Numbered from the stretch's first letter, positions 51,958 to 62,638 are shown. The stretch is DNA of 64,000 nucleotides from an uncultured delta proteobacterium (GCA_963737265.1 CAVTRY010000011.1:992001-1056000), one strand, 5' to 3'. Notes: generated from the sequence alone by a model not told the origin. Program-made: numbers and translations.

Positions 51958-52807
51958 GTGAGCAGCTCGGCATACGATCTGGAGGTCAAGCAGGGAGACC
52001 GCTTCGAATTCGGCAAGAATTGGAGCCGGTTTCTCGCCGTCCTCGACGACGAGCGCGTCGCCGAGGCGTGCCGGTCGCTCGATCGCATGCTCGGACCAGG
52101 TTTCCTTGTCGGCAAGGCCTTTCTCGACGTCGGCAGCGGCAGCGGTTTGTTCTCCCTGGCGGCCATGAGGCTCGGCGCCGCGCGCGTGCACTCCCTCGAC
52201 TACGATCCCAACTGTGTCCGTTGTACAGCCGAGCTCAAACGCCGCTTCTTTCCCGAGACCGCGCACTGGGTGGTCGAGCAAGGCAGCGTGCTCGACGCCG
52301 CCTACATGTTCGAGCCTCGGAGAGTTCGACGTGGTGTACTCGTGGGGCGTGCTTCACCACACCGGCCGAATGTGGCAGGCGCTCGACCAGGTCGCCCATG
52401 CAGTTCCGTCGCAGGGACGACTGTTCATTGCCCTTTACCGAGATCAGCGCTGGCTCAGCCATACGTGGTGGCAGGTCAAGCGGCTGTACAACAGCGGCTG
52501 GCTCGGACGATCCCTCGTGTGTGGCGTCTTTTGCCCATACTACGCGGTCAGCGGTTTCCTCGCCGATATCGTGCGCCTGAAGAACCCGTTGCGGCGCTAC
52601 GCCGAATACAAACGCAGCCGCGGCATGTCTCGCGTTCACGATTGGATAGACTGGCTCGGCGGCTTTCCCTTCGAGGTTTCCACGCCCGAAGCGATTCGCC
52701 GCTTCTACGAGGAACGTGGATTCCAGCTGGAACGGGACAAGCTTCTGCCGAGCGGCCACGGCTGCAACGAATTCGTGTTCGTCAAAAGGCCAACGCCGGC
52801 GGTGTAA
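51958..52807 (+). pseudogene. Class I SAM-dependent methyltransferase with a frameshift near 52310
   Basis: RFEFGKNW, FLDVGSGSGLFS, GSVLD in one frame; FDVVYSWGVLHHTG, DWIDWLGGFPFE in another. Confidence 0.85.
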
Positions 52808-52836
52808 GGCCGTGCCCCTGTGGATTCCGCGAAAAA

Positions 52837-54726
52837 TCATTCGGGGCGCCGGTCGATGAAGGTGCGAAACCACATCTCCAGCATCATCAGATTCCAGATC
52901 TGATGGCCGTGCGGCTCGCCGCGTGCGTGGGCCTCAAGCAGGGCCTCCACCGCGGCTGGTGCGAAAAGACCGCGTGCGCGCGCGGTGCCATCGAGCAAGG
53001 TGTCGCGCGCCATGGCGGCGAGCTCGCCCCGCATCCAGCGGTGGATGGGCAAACCGAAGCCACGCTTGGCTCGGCCAAGGACAGTCGCCGGCACCAGATC
53101 CTTGGCCATTTCCCGCAGCAGCACCTTGGAGCTGAAGCCGCGCAGCTTCAGATCGGTCGGCAGCGAAGCGGAGAAGCGCATGAATTCTCGGTCGAGCAGC
53201 GGCGCGCGCACTTCCAGAGCGTGGGCCATCGAAGCAATGTCCACCTTTACCAGGATGTCATCGGGCAAATAGGTTTCGCTGTCGAGCTCCATCAGCCGCC
53301 CGACAGCATCCGCCGCGCTTCCGCCCGTGATGGTTTCGTCGAAGCGAGCGCTCACCGTATCGCGAGCAAACCGTGCCTGGTAGTCGGGATGGTAGATGGC
53401 CAGGCGCTCGCGATGTTCGAAGTGGCCGATCCAGCCCTCATAGCGCTCGGCCTCGCTCTGATGCAATCGCAGTCCCGTGTTGCGCAGCGGCTGCAGCGAC
53501 GGAAAGGGAAGGTTGCGCAGGCCAGTGGACAGAACGGCGCGCAGCGGTCGCGGCAACTTCATGAGCCGATGCAGGAGGCGGGCGATGCGGTAGCGATTGT
53601 AGCCGCCGAACATTTCGTCGCCGCCGTCGCCGGACAGGGCCACCGTAACGTGGCGTTTGGTGGCCTCCGCCAGATACCATGTCGGCACCGCCGACGCATC
53701 GGCGAACGGCTCACCATAGTGCCACACCAGCTTGGGCACGATCGAGACCATATCGGGCTCGACCATGATCTCGTGGTGCTCGGTCCCGTAGCGTTCCGCA
53801 ACCATTTTCGCATACGGCAGCTCGCTCAAGTCCTGCTCGGGAAATCCCACCGAAAAGGTCTTCACCGGCCGGCTGGACAGCCCCGCCATGAGCGCCACGA
53901 TCAACGACGAGTCGAGGCCGCCAGAAAGAAATGCGCCGAGCGGAACGTCCGCGACCATGCGCAGACGAACGCTTTCTTCCAACTGCCGCCGCAGCTCGGC
54001 CGCGAGGGCGCGTCGATCGCGGGGCAAATCCGTGCGAGGACGAAAATCCAGGCGATGGTAACGCGCAACGGTGGGCGCCTGCCCGACGGTGCACGATACC
54101 CAGCATCCTGGCGGCAACTTGCGTACGCCACGAAAAGCGCATTGCGGAGACGGCACGTATTGCAGTCCGAGATACGCGTCGATGGCATCCAGATCCGGCT
54201 CGGCGGCAATAAGACGCGAGCCCATGAGCGCTTGCACCTCGGATGCGAACAACAGTCCGTGCTGCCCGTGGTGATAGAAGAGAGGCTTCTTGCCCACTGG
54301 GTCTCGCGCCAGAATCAGCCGGCGCTGTTTGCCGTCCCAAAGCGCCAGCGCGAACATCCCGCGCAGACGGCCAAGAAAATCCGGCCCCAGCTCCTCATAC
54401 AGATGAAGGGTCACCTCAGAGTCGGAATGCGAGCGAAAACGATGTCCCTTGGCCTCCAGCTCCGCGCGCAGCTCGGCAAAGTTGTAGATCTCGCCGTTGA
54501 CCACGACCTGGACGCTGCCATCCTCGTTGGCCATTGGCTGCGCGCCTTCCGGCGACAGGTCGATGATGGACAGGCGCCGGTGGCCCAGGCAGACCGCACC
54601 GTCGACGGAAAATCCGTGCATGTCCGGTCCCCGGTGCGCCAGGCGCTCGCACATGCGGACCACCGGCTCGCGCAGCGAGGTCTCGTCGATGGACTTGGAC
54701 GAGAGAAATCCAGCGATTCCACACAT
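52837..54726 (-). CDS. asnB: Asparagine synthase (glutamine-hydrolysing)-like amidotransferase
   Basis: MCGIAG, HRGPD, NGEIYN, SGGLDSS, LSGDGGDE, LEVRAPLLD. Confidence 0.93.
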   Translation of the reverse strand: MCGIAGFLSSKSIDETSLREPVVRMCERLAHRGPDMHGFSVDGAVCLGHRRLSIIDLSPEGAQPMANEDGSVQVVVNGEIYNFAELRAELEAKGHRFRSHSDSEVTLHLYEELGPDFLGRLRGMFALALWDGKQRRLILARDPVGKKPLFYHHGQHGLLFASEVQALMGSRLIAAEPDLDAIDAYLGLQYVPSPQCAFRGVRKLPPGCWVSCTVGQAPTVARYHRLDFRPRTDLPRDRRALAAELRRQLEESVRLRMVADVPLGAFLSGGLDSSLIVALMAGLSSRPVKTFSVGFPEQDLSELPYAKMVAERYGTEHHEIMVEPDMVSIVPKLVWHYGEPFADASAVPTWYLAEATKRHVTVALSGDGGDEMFGGYNRYRIARLLHRLMKLPRPLRAVLSTGLRNLPFPSLQPLRNTGLRLHQSEAERYEGWIGHFEHRERLAIYHPDYQARFARDTVSARFDETITGGSAADAVGRLMELDSETYLPDDILVKVDIASMAHALEVRAPLLDREFMRFSASLPTDLKLRGFSSKVLLREMAKDLVPATVLGRAKRGFGLPIHRWMRGELAAMARDTLLDGTARARGLFAPAAVEALLEAHARGEPHGHQIWNLMMLEMWFRTFIDRRPE

Positions 54727-54736
54727 GGGTTCGATC

Positions 54737-55942
54737 CTATCCGATCCTTTGCGGCAGCAGCTCGTCGTACAGAGCGACGAGATCCTTCATGACCCGTTCG
54801 TTGCCAAATCGTTCCATGACACGCTGGCGGCCGGCACGCCCCATGGCCCGGGCATCGTCGACCGGGGTGACGAGCGCGCGCCGGATGGCCTCGGCCATGG
54901 GCTCGATATGGCCGGAACGGAATTCAAACCCGGTCTCGCCGTCGGCCATGATTCCGTCGAGGTTGGCGGCATGTGAAAGCAGGAGCGGCCGCTCGCAGGC
55001 GTGGCCCTCCAGCGCGGCGTTGGGCAAGCCCTCCCACAGCGAGGGCAGAATCACCCAGTCGGCCGCCGCATAGATTTCCTCGATGCCCGTCACCGGGCCA
55101 AGAAAGCGTACCTGCTCGTCGAGACCGTTCCGACGCACGAAAAGGCGAAAGAGGCGGCTCGTCCATCCCTGCGACACGCGGCCGGCAAACAAGAACCTAG
55201 CCGCCGGCGGGAGCTGCCCGCGCCGCTTGAGCCGACCCAGCGCCATGGCCAGGCCGAGTTGGTGTTTCATGATACTGAGCCGGCCCGGCATGAAGAACAC
55301 CGGACCGTCGAGGCCGTGCTGCGAGCGAGCTCGCTGGCGGACATCCTCGGAAAGCGGCCGAAAGCGTTCGAAGTCCACGACATTGCCGATGCGCCGGATC
55401 TTGCTCGCCGGCACCCTTTGCCAGCGAACCAGCTCGCGCTCGATCCCGACGCTGTTGACCACCACCGCGTGACACCGCCGAGCCAACAGCTTTTCGACCA
55501 GCGCGAACCGTGGTCGCATGAACCGGCATCGCACCGACGAAACAACGATGGGCCGCCCCACGCCGGGAGCGATAAGGCGGTTCCAAAAATTGGATGGGTC
55601 GAGAAAGCTGTGGACCACATCCGGCTTCTCTTCGCGCAAAAAGGCCCGAAGCCTCCGTGCGATCGCGAGCGGATTCTTGGTCCCGATCGCGTGGCGCCGC
55701 AGCGTTGGCGGCAGAAGGTGTCCGTAGGCCAGGTCGGCGCGGAGCGTGCACAGCACGGTGTGGAAGCCAAGGCTGGGCAGCCGGCGCGCCAGCTCCAGGG
55801 CCTGGCGTTCGGCTCCACCTTGGGCCAGTGAATCAACTAACACGACGACTTTGGCGCGCGGGCCAGCGGCGACAGACGCGCTCACCGTGGCACTCGAAGC
55901 AAATGGGGAGGAACAGGAAGAAGGTGGGGTTGGATGATTCAC
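54737..55942 (-). CDS. GT4 family glycosyltransferase (start uncertain)
   Basis: GGAERQ, PSLWEGLPNAALE. Confidence 0.88.
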   Translation of the reverse strand: MNHPTPPSSCSSPFASSATVSASVAAGPRAKVVVLVDSLAQGGAERQALELARRLPSLGFHTVLCTLRADLAYGHLLPPTLRRHAIGTKNPLAIARRLRAFLREEKPDVVHSFLDPSNFWNRLIAPGVGRPIVVSSVRCRFMRPRFALVEKLLARRCHAVVVNSVGIERELVRWQRVPASKIRRIGNVVDFERFRPLSEDVRQRARSQHGLDGPVFFMPGRLSIMKHQLGLAMALGRLKRRGQLPPAARFLFAGRVSQGWTSRLFRLFVRRNGLDEQVRFLGPVTGIEEIYAAADWVILPSLWEGLPNAALEGHACERPLLLSHAANLDGIMADGETGFEFRSGHIEPMAEAIRRALVTPVDDARAMGRAGRQRVMERFGNERVMKDLVALYDELLPQRIG

Positions 55943-56165
55943 GGACAGACTCGAATGACCGCGACATGCTAGCAGTCCGACGCGGGCGGTGCGAATTGCC
56001 GAATGCAAGAGAAGCGCCCGGCCAGCGAAGAACGCGAAGCAGCCACTTCCGCACGTGAAAAGAACATCGAATCGGCCGAAGCAACCGAGCAGGTGGTGAG
56101 TCTTCACCACTTGCCGACCGTTTCGTTGAAAGTTCGCCGCCGTGGACTTCGGCCCGCGCGAAGCG

Positions 56166-57161
56166 TTAGTCGTAGCCTCGGTCGGACCGCATGTAACCGA
56201 GGGCCAGATACAGGATCCGCTTCTGTTCCAAGCGGCCGCGCGCCACGCCGTCGAGGATCAGGCCACACCCAAGCGAGAGCCCGGCCAAGAGCATGAGTCC
56301 GGTTGCCAGAATGGCGGTGGGAAAACGGGGCACGAGGCCGGTTTCCAAATAGGTCGAAAACAGGGGTAGTGCCAGTAGCACTGCGGTGAGGCTGAAAAAC
56401 GCGGCAAATAGGCCGAAGAACAGACCTGGTCGAATCTCCTTGAACAGATGAACGATGGTGCTGAGGATGCGGAAGGAATCGCGAAAGGTATGCAGCTTGC
56501 TGGTCGAGCCCGCGGACCGCGCGCCGTACTCGGTCTCGATCTCGACGATGGGCATGCGCAGTTGACTGGCATGAACCGACATTTCGGTTTCAATTTCGAA
56601 ACCGCTGGAAATGGCGGGGAAGCTCTTGACGAACCGTCGCGAGAACGCGCGATAACCCGAAAAGATGTCGGTGAAATCGGGGCCAATGAGGCGCCGATAG
56701 ATCTGATTGAACAGCCGGTTGCCGAAACCGTGTCCCTTGCGATGGGCGTCGGAGTACACGTCCTTCCGCTTGCCGACGACCATGTCCGCGTGATCCGAGA
56801 GCAAGCGCGCGACCATGGTGGGTGCCGCCTCGGCATCGTAGGTCCCGTCACCGTCGGCCATCAGATAGACGTCGGCGTCGATGTCGGCAAACATCCGGCG
56901 CACGACATTGCCCTTGCCCGGCCAGGGCTCGTGGCGAACCACGGCCCCTGCTTCTTGCGCGCACGCGGCAGTGCCGTCGGTGGATCGGTTGTCGTATACG
57001 AATACCGTGGCGGCGGGCAAGGCAGCGCGAAAGCTTGCGACCACCTGGGCGATGGTCAGCGCTTCGTTGTAGCAAGGAAGCAAGACCGCGAGCCGCGGTG
57101 CCGGCTGGGATACGGACGGGTGCGTCGGCGATTGCGAGGGTGAAGAGGCTTTGTCGATCAT
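56166..57161 (-). CDS. GT2 glycosyltransferase (polyprenol-phosphate sugar synthase-like) with two C-terminal TMs
   Basis: LPCYNE, YDNRSTDGT, GKG, ADGDGTY, DIFSGYRAFSR, GFEIETE. Confidence 0.9.
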   Translation of the reverse strand: MIDKASSPSQSPTHPSVSQPAPRLAVLLPCYNEALTIAQVVASFRAALPAATVFVYDNRSTDGTAACAQEAGAVVRHEPWPGKGNVVRRMFADIDADVYLMADGDGTYDAEAAPTMVARLLSDHADMVVGKRKDVYSDAHRKGHGFGNRLFNQIYRRLIGPDFTDIFSGYRAFSRRFVKSFPAISSGFEIETEMSVHASQLRMPIVEIETEYGARSAGSTSKLHTFRDSFRILSTIVHLFKEIRPGLFFGLFAAFFSLTAVLLALPLFSTYLETGLVPRFPTAILATGLMLLAGLSLGCGLILDGVARGRLEQKRILYLALGYMRSDRGYD

Positions 57162-57388
57162 GACCGAGGGTGCCGCGTAGGGTTCACGTGCTGGTGCCTC
57201 GGAACAGTAAAGCAGAAACCGTGAAGTCTGACCACCGCCCTGCCCAGCTCTTCCCTACTCGCGCATTTTCGCGAACCCGGTGACTTGATATAGAGTGCCG
57301 TCGTGTTCGCGACCGGTCAGACACGAGCGCTGGTGGTTCTCGGCCCCAACTTGATTTCCGTCTTGGCAGCTCTTGGCAGCGTGAGCTG

Positions 57389-59032
57389 ATGAGCGCACGG
57401 TGGGCCGGTTCTCTGCTCGTCGCCTTGGCCTTGCTCGGGTTCGGCGCCGATGTGATGCGAAGATCGTCGACGCAACTCTGTCCGCGCTACGACGAGGTTT
57501 CCTACCTCGCCATCGCACGCGACTATGCCCGCGAGGGTGGCATCCTGCCCACCATCCGCTGCCATCTCGAAGGGCGTTGTCGCGAGGACAATCGCCCGCC
57601 GCTATTCGAATTCATGCTGGAGACGGTTGTGGACGACGCTCCTGCGGCGTTTGCCCGCGCCAAGCTGGTCACCTTGGGAACCGCGCTGCTCCTGTTCGCC
57701 GTGGTGTTCGTGACCATCCGCCGCGCGTTTTCGTCGCGCGTGGCGGTGGGCTCGGTCGTGGCCTTGGCTCTGATGCCGGCCTTGTCCGACTATAGCTCGC
57801 ACGTCCAGCACGACCCGCTCTACGCCGCGATCACCTTCGCGGTGGTGTTCGCCGTGGCCGCTTGGCAGGATCGAGGCTGGCCGTGGTGGATGCTGGCCGG
57901 GGCGCTGGTGGGACTCGCCTTTCTCACCAAGGGCAGCGGTCACCTGCTGCTGCTTCCGCTGCTCGGCGTATCCTTCTACCGTCATCGTCTTGCCATCCTG
58001 CGAAAGCCCATCGTCTACGCCACGGTCTGCGGTTTCGTCGCGGTATCGTTCTTTCTCCTCTGGCGCAACCTCAAGCTGGCGGGCAGCCCGTTCTTCAACG
58101 TCAACGGCCGCGGCATCTGGCTCGATCGCTGGCAAGATGTGTGGGCTATGCAGCTCGATCCGGAATGGAATCAGGTGGGGCTGGGTTGGTATTTGCAGCG
58201 GCATTCGCTCTGGCAGTTGGCCTTCAAGATCCTGCGCGGTCTCGGCCTCACCATCGGCGTTGGTATCTACGCGGCGGGAGTCGGCTTCGCCAACCCCGTG
58301 CTGCGAGCCACGACCGGCGCGGCCGTCCTGGTGCTGGCGGGTCTGGGCGTGCGCCGACGATGGCGAGCCGGCCACCGCGTCGAGGTTCTGGCGGTTCTTT
58401 CGACCGTGGCGCTCTTCGGGGCGGCCCTGACACTCGCGACTTCGGGCGGGCCGGGACCGCAGGCACGTTATTGCTTTCCCTATGTCCTGGTGCTGGTGCC
58501 TGGTTTTGTGGTGGAGCTTCTCGATGGAGTCTGGCCGGCCATGCATGCCTGGCTTTCGCGACGCTGGCCAAATGTTCGGCCGGCACGGCTGGGACTTGCC
58601 GGGCTGACTGTCCTTTTGGCAATCCGGCTAGTCTCGGCGTCGCCGCTGACGACCACAAGTCCGCTCGCGCTCTTTGCGGTCGATCCCCATTGGCACGAAA
58701 CCTCGCTGTGGCTTTCGCAGGCGCTTGCTCCCGACGAAAGATTTGCCCTGCCTTACCAGAGCCTGTACTCGACCTGGGATGTGCCCCGACCGCAGACCGA
58801 TCCGCGCTGGAACTTCTGGTTCGGGATGCCAAGCGTCGACTTGCGACGTTACATGGAAGGGTCGCACATCCATCACGTCCTCATCGATACCGCAAGCGCC
58901 GGATACGCCGAGTATGCCGACAAGTTGTCGACGGCAAAAGACGCCCACGGACCGCTCGCATTCCTCGACTGGCCACGCTGCTTCGCGGATGGCGCGCAGC
59001 CCAGCCGCTTTCTCATCTACTGTTGTCCTTGA
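57389..59032 (+). CDS. ArnT/PMT-like (GT-C) membrane glycosyltransferase
   Basis: YDEVSY loop after TM1, RPPLF, GLAFLTK, RY motif late in the TM region. Confidence 0.75.
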   Translation: MSARWAGSLLVALALLGFGADVMRRSSTQLCPRYDEVSYLAIARDYAREGGILPTIRCHLEGRCREDNRPPLFEFMLETVVDDAPAAFARAKLVTLGTALLLFAVVFVTIRRAFSSRVAVGSVVALALMPALSDYSSHVQHDPLYAAITFAVVFAVAAWQDRGWPWWMLAGALVGLAFLTKGSGHLLLLPLLGVSFYRHRLAILRKPIVYATVCGFVAVSFFLLWRNLKLAGSPFFNVNGRGIWLDRWQDVWAMQLDPEWNQVGLGWYLQRHSLWQLAFKILRGLGLTIGVGIYAAGVGFANPVLRATTGAAVLVLAGLGVRRRWRAGHRVEVLAVLSTVALFGAALTLATSGGPGPQARYCFPYVLVLVPGFVVELLDGVWPAMHAWLSRRWPNVRPARLGLAGLTVLLAIRLVSASPLTTTSPLALFAVDPHWHETSLWLSQALAPDERFALPYQSLYSTWDVPRPQTDPRWNFWFGMPSVDLRRYMEGSHIHHVLIDTASAGYAEYADKLSTAKDAHGPLAFLDWPRCFADGAQPSRFLIYCCP

Positions 59033-59047
59033 TTGGTGTCGGCCCTG

Positions 59048-60202
59048 ATGTCCGAACGGCGCTACAAGATTCTCTTCTTCATTCCCAACCTGCAGCAAGG
59101 CGGGGCCGAACGGCAGATTCTTGAGCTGGTGACGAGGCTTCCGCCGCGTTTCGAGCCGGTCCTGTGCGTGTGGAAGAACCTCGTCCATTACTCCGAGTAC
59201 CTGCCCCCCAATCTCCGACTGCACGTGCTGGGGGTCGACCGAATGGGGCACACGGGACTCGGCAGGTTGGTCGATGTTTTGCGGCTGGAACGGCCCGACA
59301 TCCTGCATTCCTACCGAGACAAGGCGAATCTGTGGGCACGGCTGGCCGTTCGCCGGGTGGCCGTGCCCATCGTGCTCACCGGCGTACGCAACCGCGCCAT
59401 TGGGCTGCCCTACCTGGCCACCGAATGGTACCTATCGCGTGGTACGGATCGCGTGCTGACCAACTCGGAAGGCGTGCGCCGCGAGCTGGTTCATTGGGCG
59501 CGCGTCAGTCCCGCCAAGGTTCAGGTCATCCACAATTTCATCGATGGCGAACGTTTTCGACCACCCTCGCCCGAGGAGCGCATCGCCGCGCGGGCGCATC
59601 TCAAGCTGGCCGACGACGATCTCGCCATCTTGGTTCCCGGTCGGGTGAGCCTGCAAAAACACCAGATGGGCCTCGCACGCGCGTTGGCGCGCATGAAAAA
59701 ACGCGGTCGCCTTGCCGCCAACGTGCGCGTGCTGCTGGCTGGCCGCGAACGCGATCGCCTCTATTCGTGGCTGTTTCCGCGCTGGGCGTCCTGGCTCGGT
59801 GTGAAGCAAAGTCTGGTGCGTCTCGGAACGGTCAAGGACATGCCGACGCTGTATCACGCTGCCGATGTGTTGGTATTGCCGTCGCTGTGGGAAGGGCTGC
59901 CCAACGCCGTGCTGGAGGGCCAGGCCAGCGCTTTGCCGGCGGTGGTGTCGCACGCGGCGAACGTGGACAAGATTGTGCTCAACGGCGTCACCGGCTTCGA
60001 GGTGCCGACCTTCGACGCGCCGGCGTTGGCCAACGCACTGGAGCGAATCATTGACCTCGGGAGCGAAGCGCGGCAGGACATGGGAAAGAAGGGTCGCGAG
60101 CACGTAATGGCCGCTTTCAGCCCCGAGCGCGTGCTGCGGGAGACCGTCGCCCTTTACGACTCTCTCATCGCCGAAAAAGGACTTTTGTCATGTGCGGAAT
60201 AG
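59048..60202 (+). CDS. GT4 family glycosyltransferase
   Basis: GGAERQ, PSLWEGLPNAVLE; paralog of 54737-55942. Confidence 0.9.
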   Translation: MSERRYKILFFIPNLQQGGAERQILELVTRLPPRFEPVLCVWKNLVHYSEYLPPNLRLHVLGVDRMGHTGLGRLVDVLRLERPDILHSYRDKANLWARLAVRRVAVPIVLTGVRNRAIGLPYLATEWYLSRGTDRVLTNSEGVRRELVHWARVSPAKVQVIHNFIDGERFRPPSPEERIAARAHLKLADDDLAILVPGRVSLQKHQMGLARALARMKKRGRLAANVRVLLAGRERDRLYSWLFPRWASWLGVKQSLVRLGTVKDMPTLYHAADVLVLPSLWEGLPNAVLEGQASALPAVVSHAANVDKIVLNGVTGFEVPTFDAPALANALERIIDLGSEARQDMGKKGREHVMAAFSPERVLRETVALYDSLIAEKGLLSCAE

Positions 60203-62148
60203 CCGGCCACCTCGCCCAGCAAAGCGACGCCACACCTGATCCCATGGTGGTGAGGCGCTTGGCAGCGGCGATGATCCACCGCGGCCCCGATGGCGCCGGC
60301 TTCCTGTTCAAGGGTCCGGTGGCCTTGGCGCACCGTCGGTTGTCGATCATCGACCTTTCGAACGCCGGTTTGCAGCCCATGACCAACGAAGACGGACGCA
60401 TCGCCATCCTGGTCAACGGCGAGATCTACAACCACCAGGAGCTGCGCACCGAGCTGGAAAAGAAGGGCCATCGTTTCCGCAGCCACAGCGATTCCGAGGT
60501 GGTGGCGCACCTTTACGAAGACGTGGGCGACCGCGTGCCCGAGCGCTTGCACGGCATGTTCGCGCTCGCCATCTACGACGCCGACAAGCACAGGCTGCTC
60601 CTGGCCCGCGACCGGTTCGGCGAAAAACCGCTGTACTACGCCACCCGTCCGGACGGCTTTGTCTTTGCGTCCGAATTGGCCGCGCTGCTGGCCGATCCGG
60701 GCACGCATGCCGAAGTCTCCCCGGCGGCGATCGATCTTTACTGTTCCCTTCAGTATGTGCCCGCCCCTGGCACCATATTTGGCAACGTCCACAAGCTACC
60801 CGCCGGATGTCTGTTGCAAGTCACCTGCGGTGGCGAGCCGCACACGCGGCGTTACTACGATATCGACTACACGCCGAAGCTCGACAACCTGAGCGAGGAC
60901 GAAGCGGCCCGCAGGGTGCGCGACACGGTGGAAGAAGCCGTGCGCGTGCGACTGATGTCGGACGTTCCCTTGGGCGCTTTTCTGTCGGGCGGGCTCAACT
61001 CGTCCATCGTGGTCGCCTGCATGGCCAGCGCTTCGAGCAAGCCGGTGCAAACCTTCTCGGTGGGCTTCACCGGCGGCGAAGTGGACGAGCTGCCCTTCGC
61101 GCGCCTCATCGCCGAACGGTACAAGACCAATCACCACGAGCTGGTCGTCGAGCCCAACATGACCGAGCTGTTGCCGAGCATCGTTCGCCATCACGGCGAG
61201 CCCTTCGGCGACACGTCGACCTTGCCCACGCGCTACCTGTGCGAGATGACCCGCCGCCATGTCACGGTGGCGCTGTCCGGCGACGGCGGCGACGAGGCTT
61301 TCGGCGGCTACCGCCGCTACATGTGGGCCAACCTCGCCGCGCGCTTGACCGCCTTGCCACGTCCGCTGCCCTTTCTGGCGCGCAAGATTCTCGCATCGCT
61401 CCCTGGCTCGGGCCAATACGCAATTCGCGATTTTGGCGCCCGCCTGGCCGAGGATGAGGCCGCGCGCTACTTGAGTTTGATCCATCACTTTTCCTTCGCG
61501 GAACGTAGCGCCCTGTACGGCCCTGCCCTTCGCGCGCAACTTGGAACCGACGCGGCCCTCGGCGAATTCCGCCGCCGTCTCGCGGTCGCCACGGCCCGCG
61601 ACGATGTCAGCCGCTGGTGCGAGCTCGACGCCCACACCTATTTGCCCGAGGACATCTTCTTCAAAGTCGACATCGCCAGCATGACCCACAGCCTGGAAGC
61701 GCGCGCCCCTTTCGTGGATCACCGGGTGATGGAGCTCGGCGCCGCACTGCCAGGTCGGCTCAAGCTGCGCGCCCGCAAGGGCAAGTACATTTTGAAAAAG
61801 GCCTTTGCCGACATGGTTCCCGTGGAAATCCGCGAGCGATGCAAAAGGGGCTTTGCCTCGCCCATGCGCAATTGGTTCGCCGGCCCCTTGCGCGGCTTCG
61901 CCCGCGATCTCCTGCTATCGCCCGAGGCGCGCGCCCGCGGGCTCTTCCAACCCCCAGCCATCGAACGCCTGCTCGATCGCCACCAAGCCGGCGAGGATCA
62001 CGGCGAGCGCATCTGGAATCTGGTGATCCTCGAACAATGGCACCGCGAGCTCGTCGATGGACGACAGCGCTTCATGCGCGAAGTGGAAGCTCTGGCGCAA
62101 AAGCTAGCCGGCGACGAAGCAGCCCAGGCTTCCGCCGCCGCGACGTAG
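60190..62148 (+). CDS. asnB: Asparagine synthase-like amidotransferase, second copy (SGGLNSS variant motif)
   Basis: MCGIAG, HRGPD, NGEIYN, LSGDGGDE, LEARAPFVD. Confidence 0.92.
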   Translation: MCGIAGHLAQQSDATPDPMVVRRLAAAMIHRGPDGAGFLFKGPVALAHRRLSIIDLSNAGLQPMTNEDGRIAILVNGEIYNHQELRTELEKKGHRFRSHSDSEVVAHLYEDVGDRVPERLHGMFALAIYDADKHRLLLARDRFGEKPLYYATRPDGFVFASELAALLADPGTHAEVSPAAIDLYCSLQYVPAPGTIFGNVHKLPAGCLLQVTCGGEPHTRRYYDIDYTPKLDNLSEDEAARRVRDTVEEAVRVRLMSDVPLGAFLSGGLNSSIVVACMASASSKPVQTFSVGFTGGEVDELPFARLIAERYKTNHHELVVEPNMTELLPSIVRHHGEPFGDTSTLPTRYLCEMTRRHVTVALSGDGGDEAFGGYRRYMWANLAARLTALPRPLPFLARKILASLPGSGQYAIRDFGARLAEDEAARYLSLIHHFSFAERSALYGPALRAQLGTDAALGEFRRRLAVATARDDVSRWCELDAHTYLPEDIFFKVDIASMTHSLEARAPFVDHRVMELGAALPGRLKLRARKGKYILKKAFADMVPVEIRERCKRGFASPMRNWFAGPLRGFARDLLLSPEARARGLFQPPAIERLLDRHQAGEDHGERIWNLVILEQWHRELVDGRQRFMREVEALAQKLAGDEAAQASAAAT

Positions 62149-62353
62149 CTCCCCGTCGCGCCGCTCGACCGATAGGGTCGCTGCTCCGAGGTTCCGCATC
62201 CCTCCCGTTTCGGGAAACCGACGCACGGACGTAGTGGAAACATTTAGCAAGCCTGTAGGTACGAAGGGGTGAACGCAGCGATCCTCCGAGCTTGGCATCA
62301 AGACCGCAGGACAAGTTCTTGCGCGAAAAGACGCCCTCGCTATCATAACCAAC

Positions 62354-62638
62354 GTGAATTGCAGCGCCCTCATCTTCACCGGCCACGCATTCGCCCGGAT
62401 GTTCGCCAGGGCCATGGCACCAGCCGAGGTGCGGGCGGTCGTCGATCATGGCGAAACGATAGCGGAATACCCCGACGACAAGCCGTATCCAAGTGCGCTT
62501 CTCCTTGGGACCATCAGCGGGCGGGTCCTCCATGTCGTGGTCGGACATGACGTCGAGGCCGAACGGTGCTACGTAGTAACCGTGTATGAGCCTGCCCCGG
62601 AGAAGTGGGATCGTGACTTCAGAAGGAGGAAGCCTTGA
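62354..62638 (+). CDS. DUF4258 family putative toxin
   Basis: FTGHAFARM, IAEYPDDKPYPSALLLG, LHVVV, VTVYEP...W. Confidence 0.8.
   Translation: MNCSALIFTGHAFARMFARAMAPAEVRAVVDHGETIAEYPDDKPYPSALLLGTISGRVLHVVVGHDVEAERCYVVTVYEPAPEKWDRDFRRRKP

Noticed and set aside
51607-54792. 1061-aa plus-strand ORF
   Set aside because: Chimera of the methyltransferase 5' half read on through the antisense strand of asnB; a GC-rich shadow ORF.
52837-62148. Lasso peptide cluster (AsnB-like cyclases)
   Set aside because: Both enzymes keep the N-terminal Cys glutaminase domain and are coupled to glycosyltransferases; no precursor, B protein or RRE seen.
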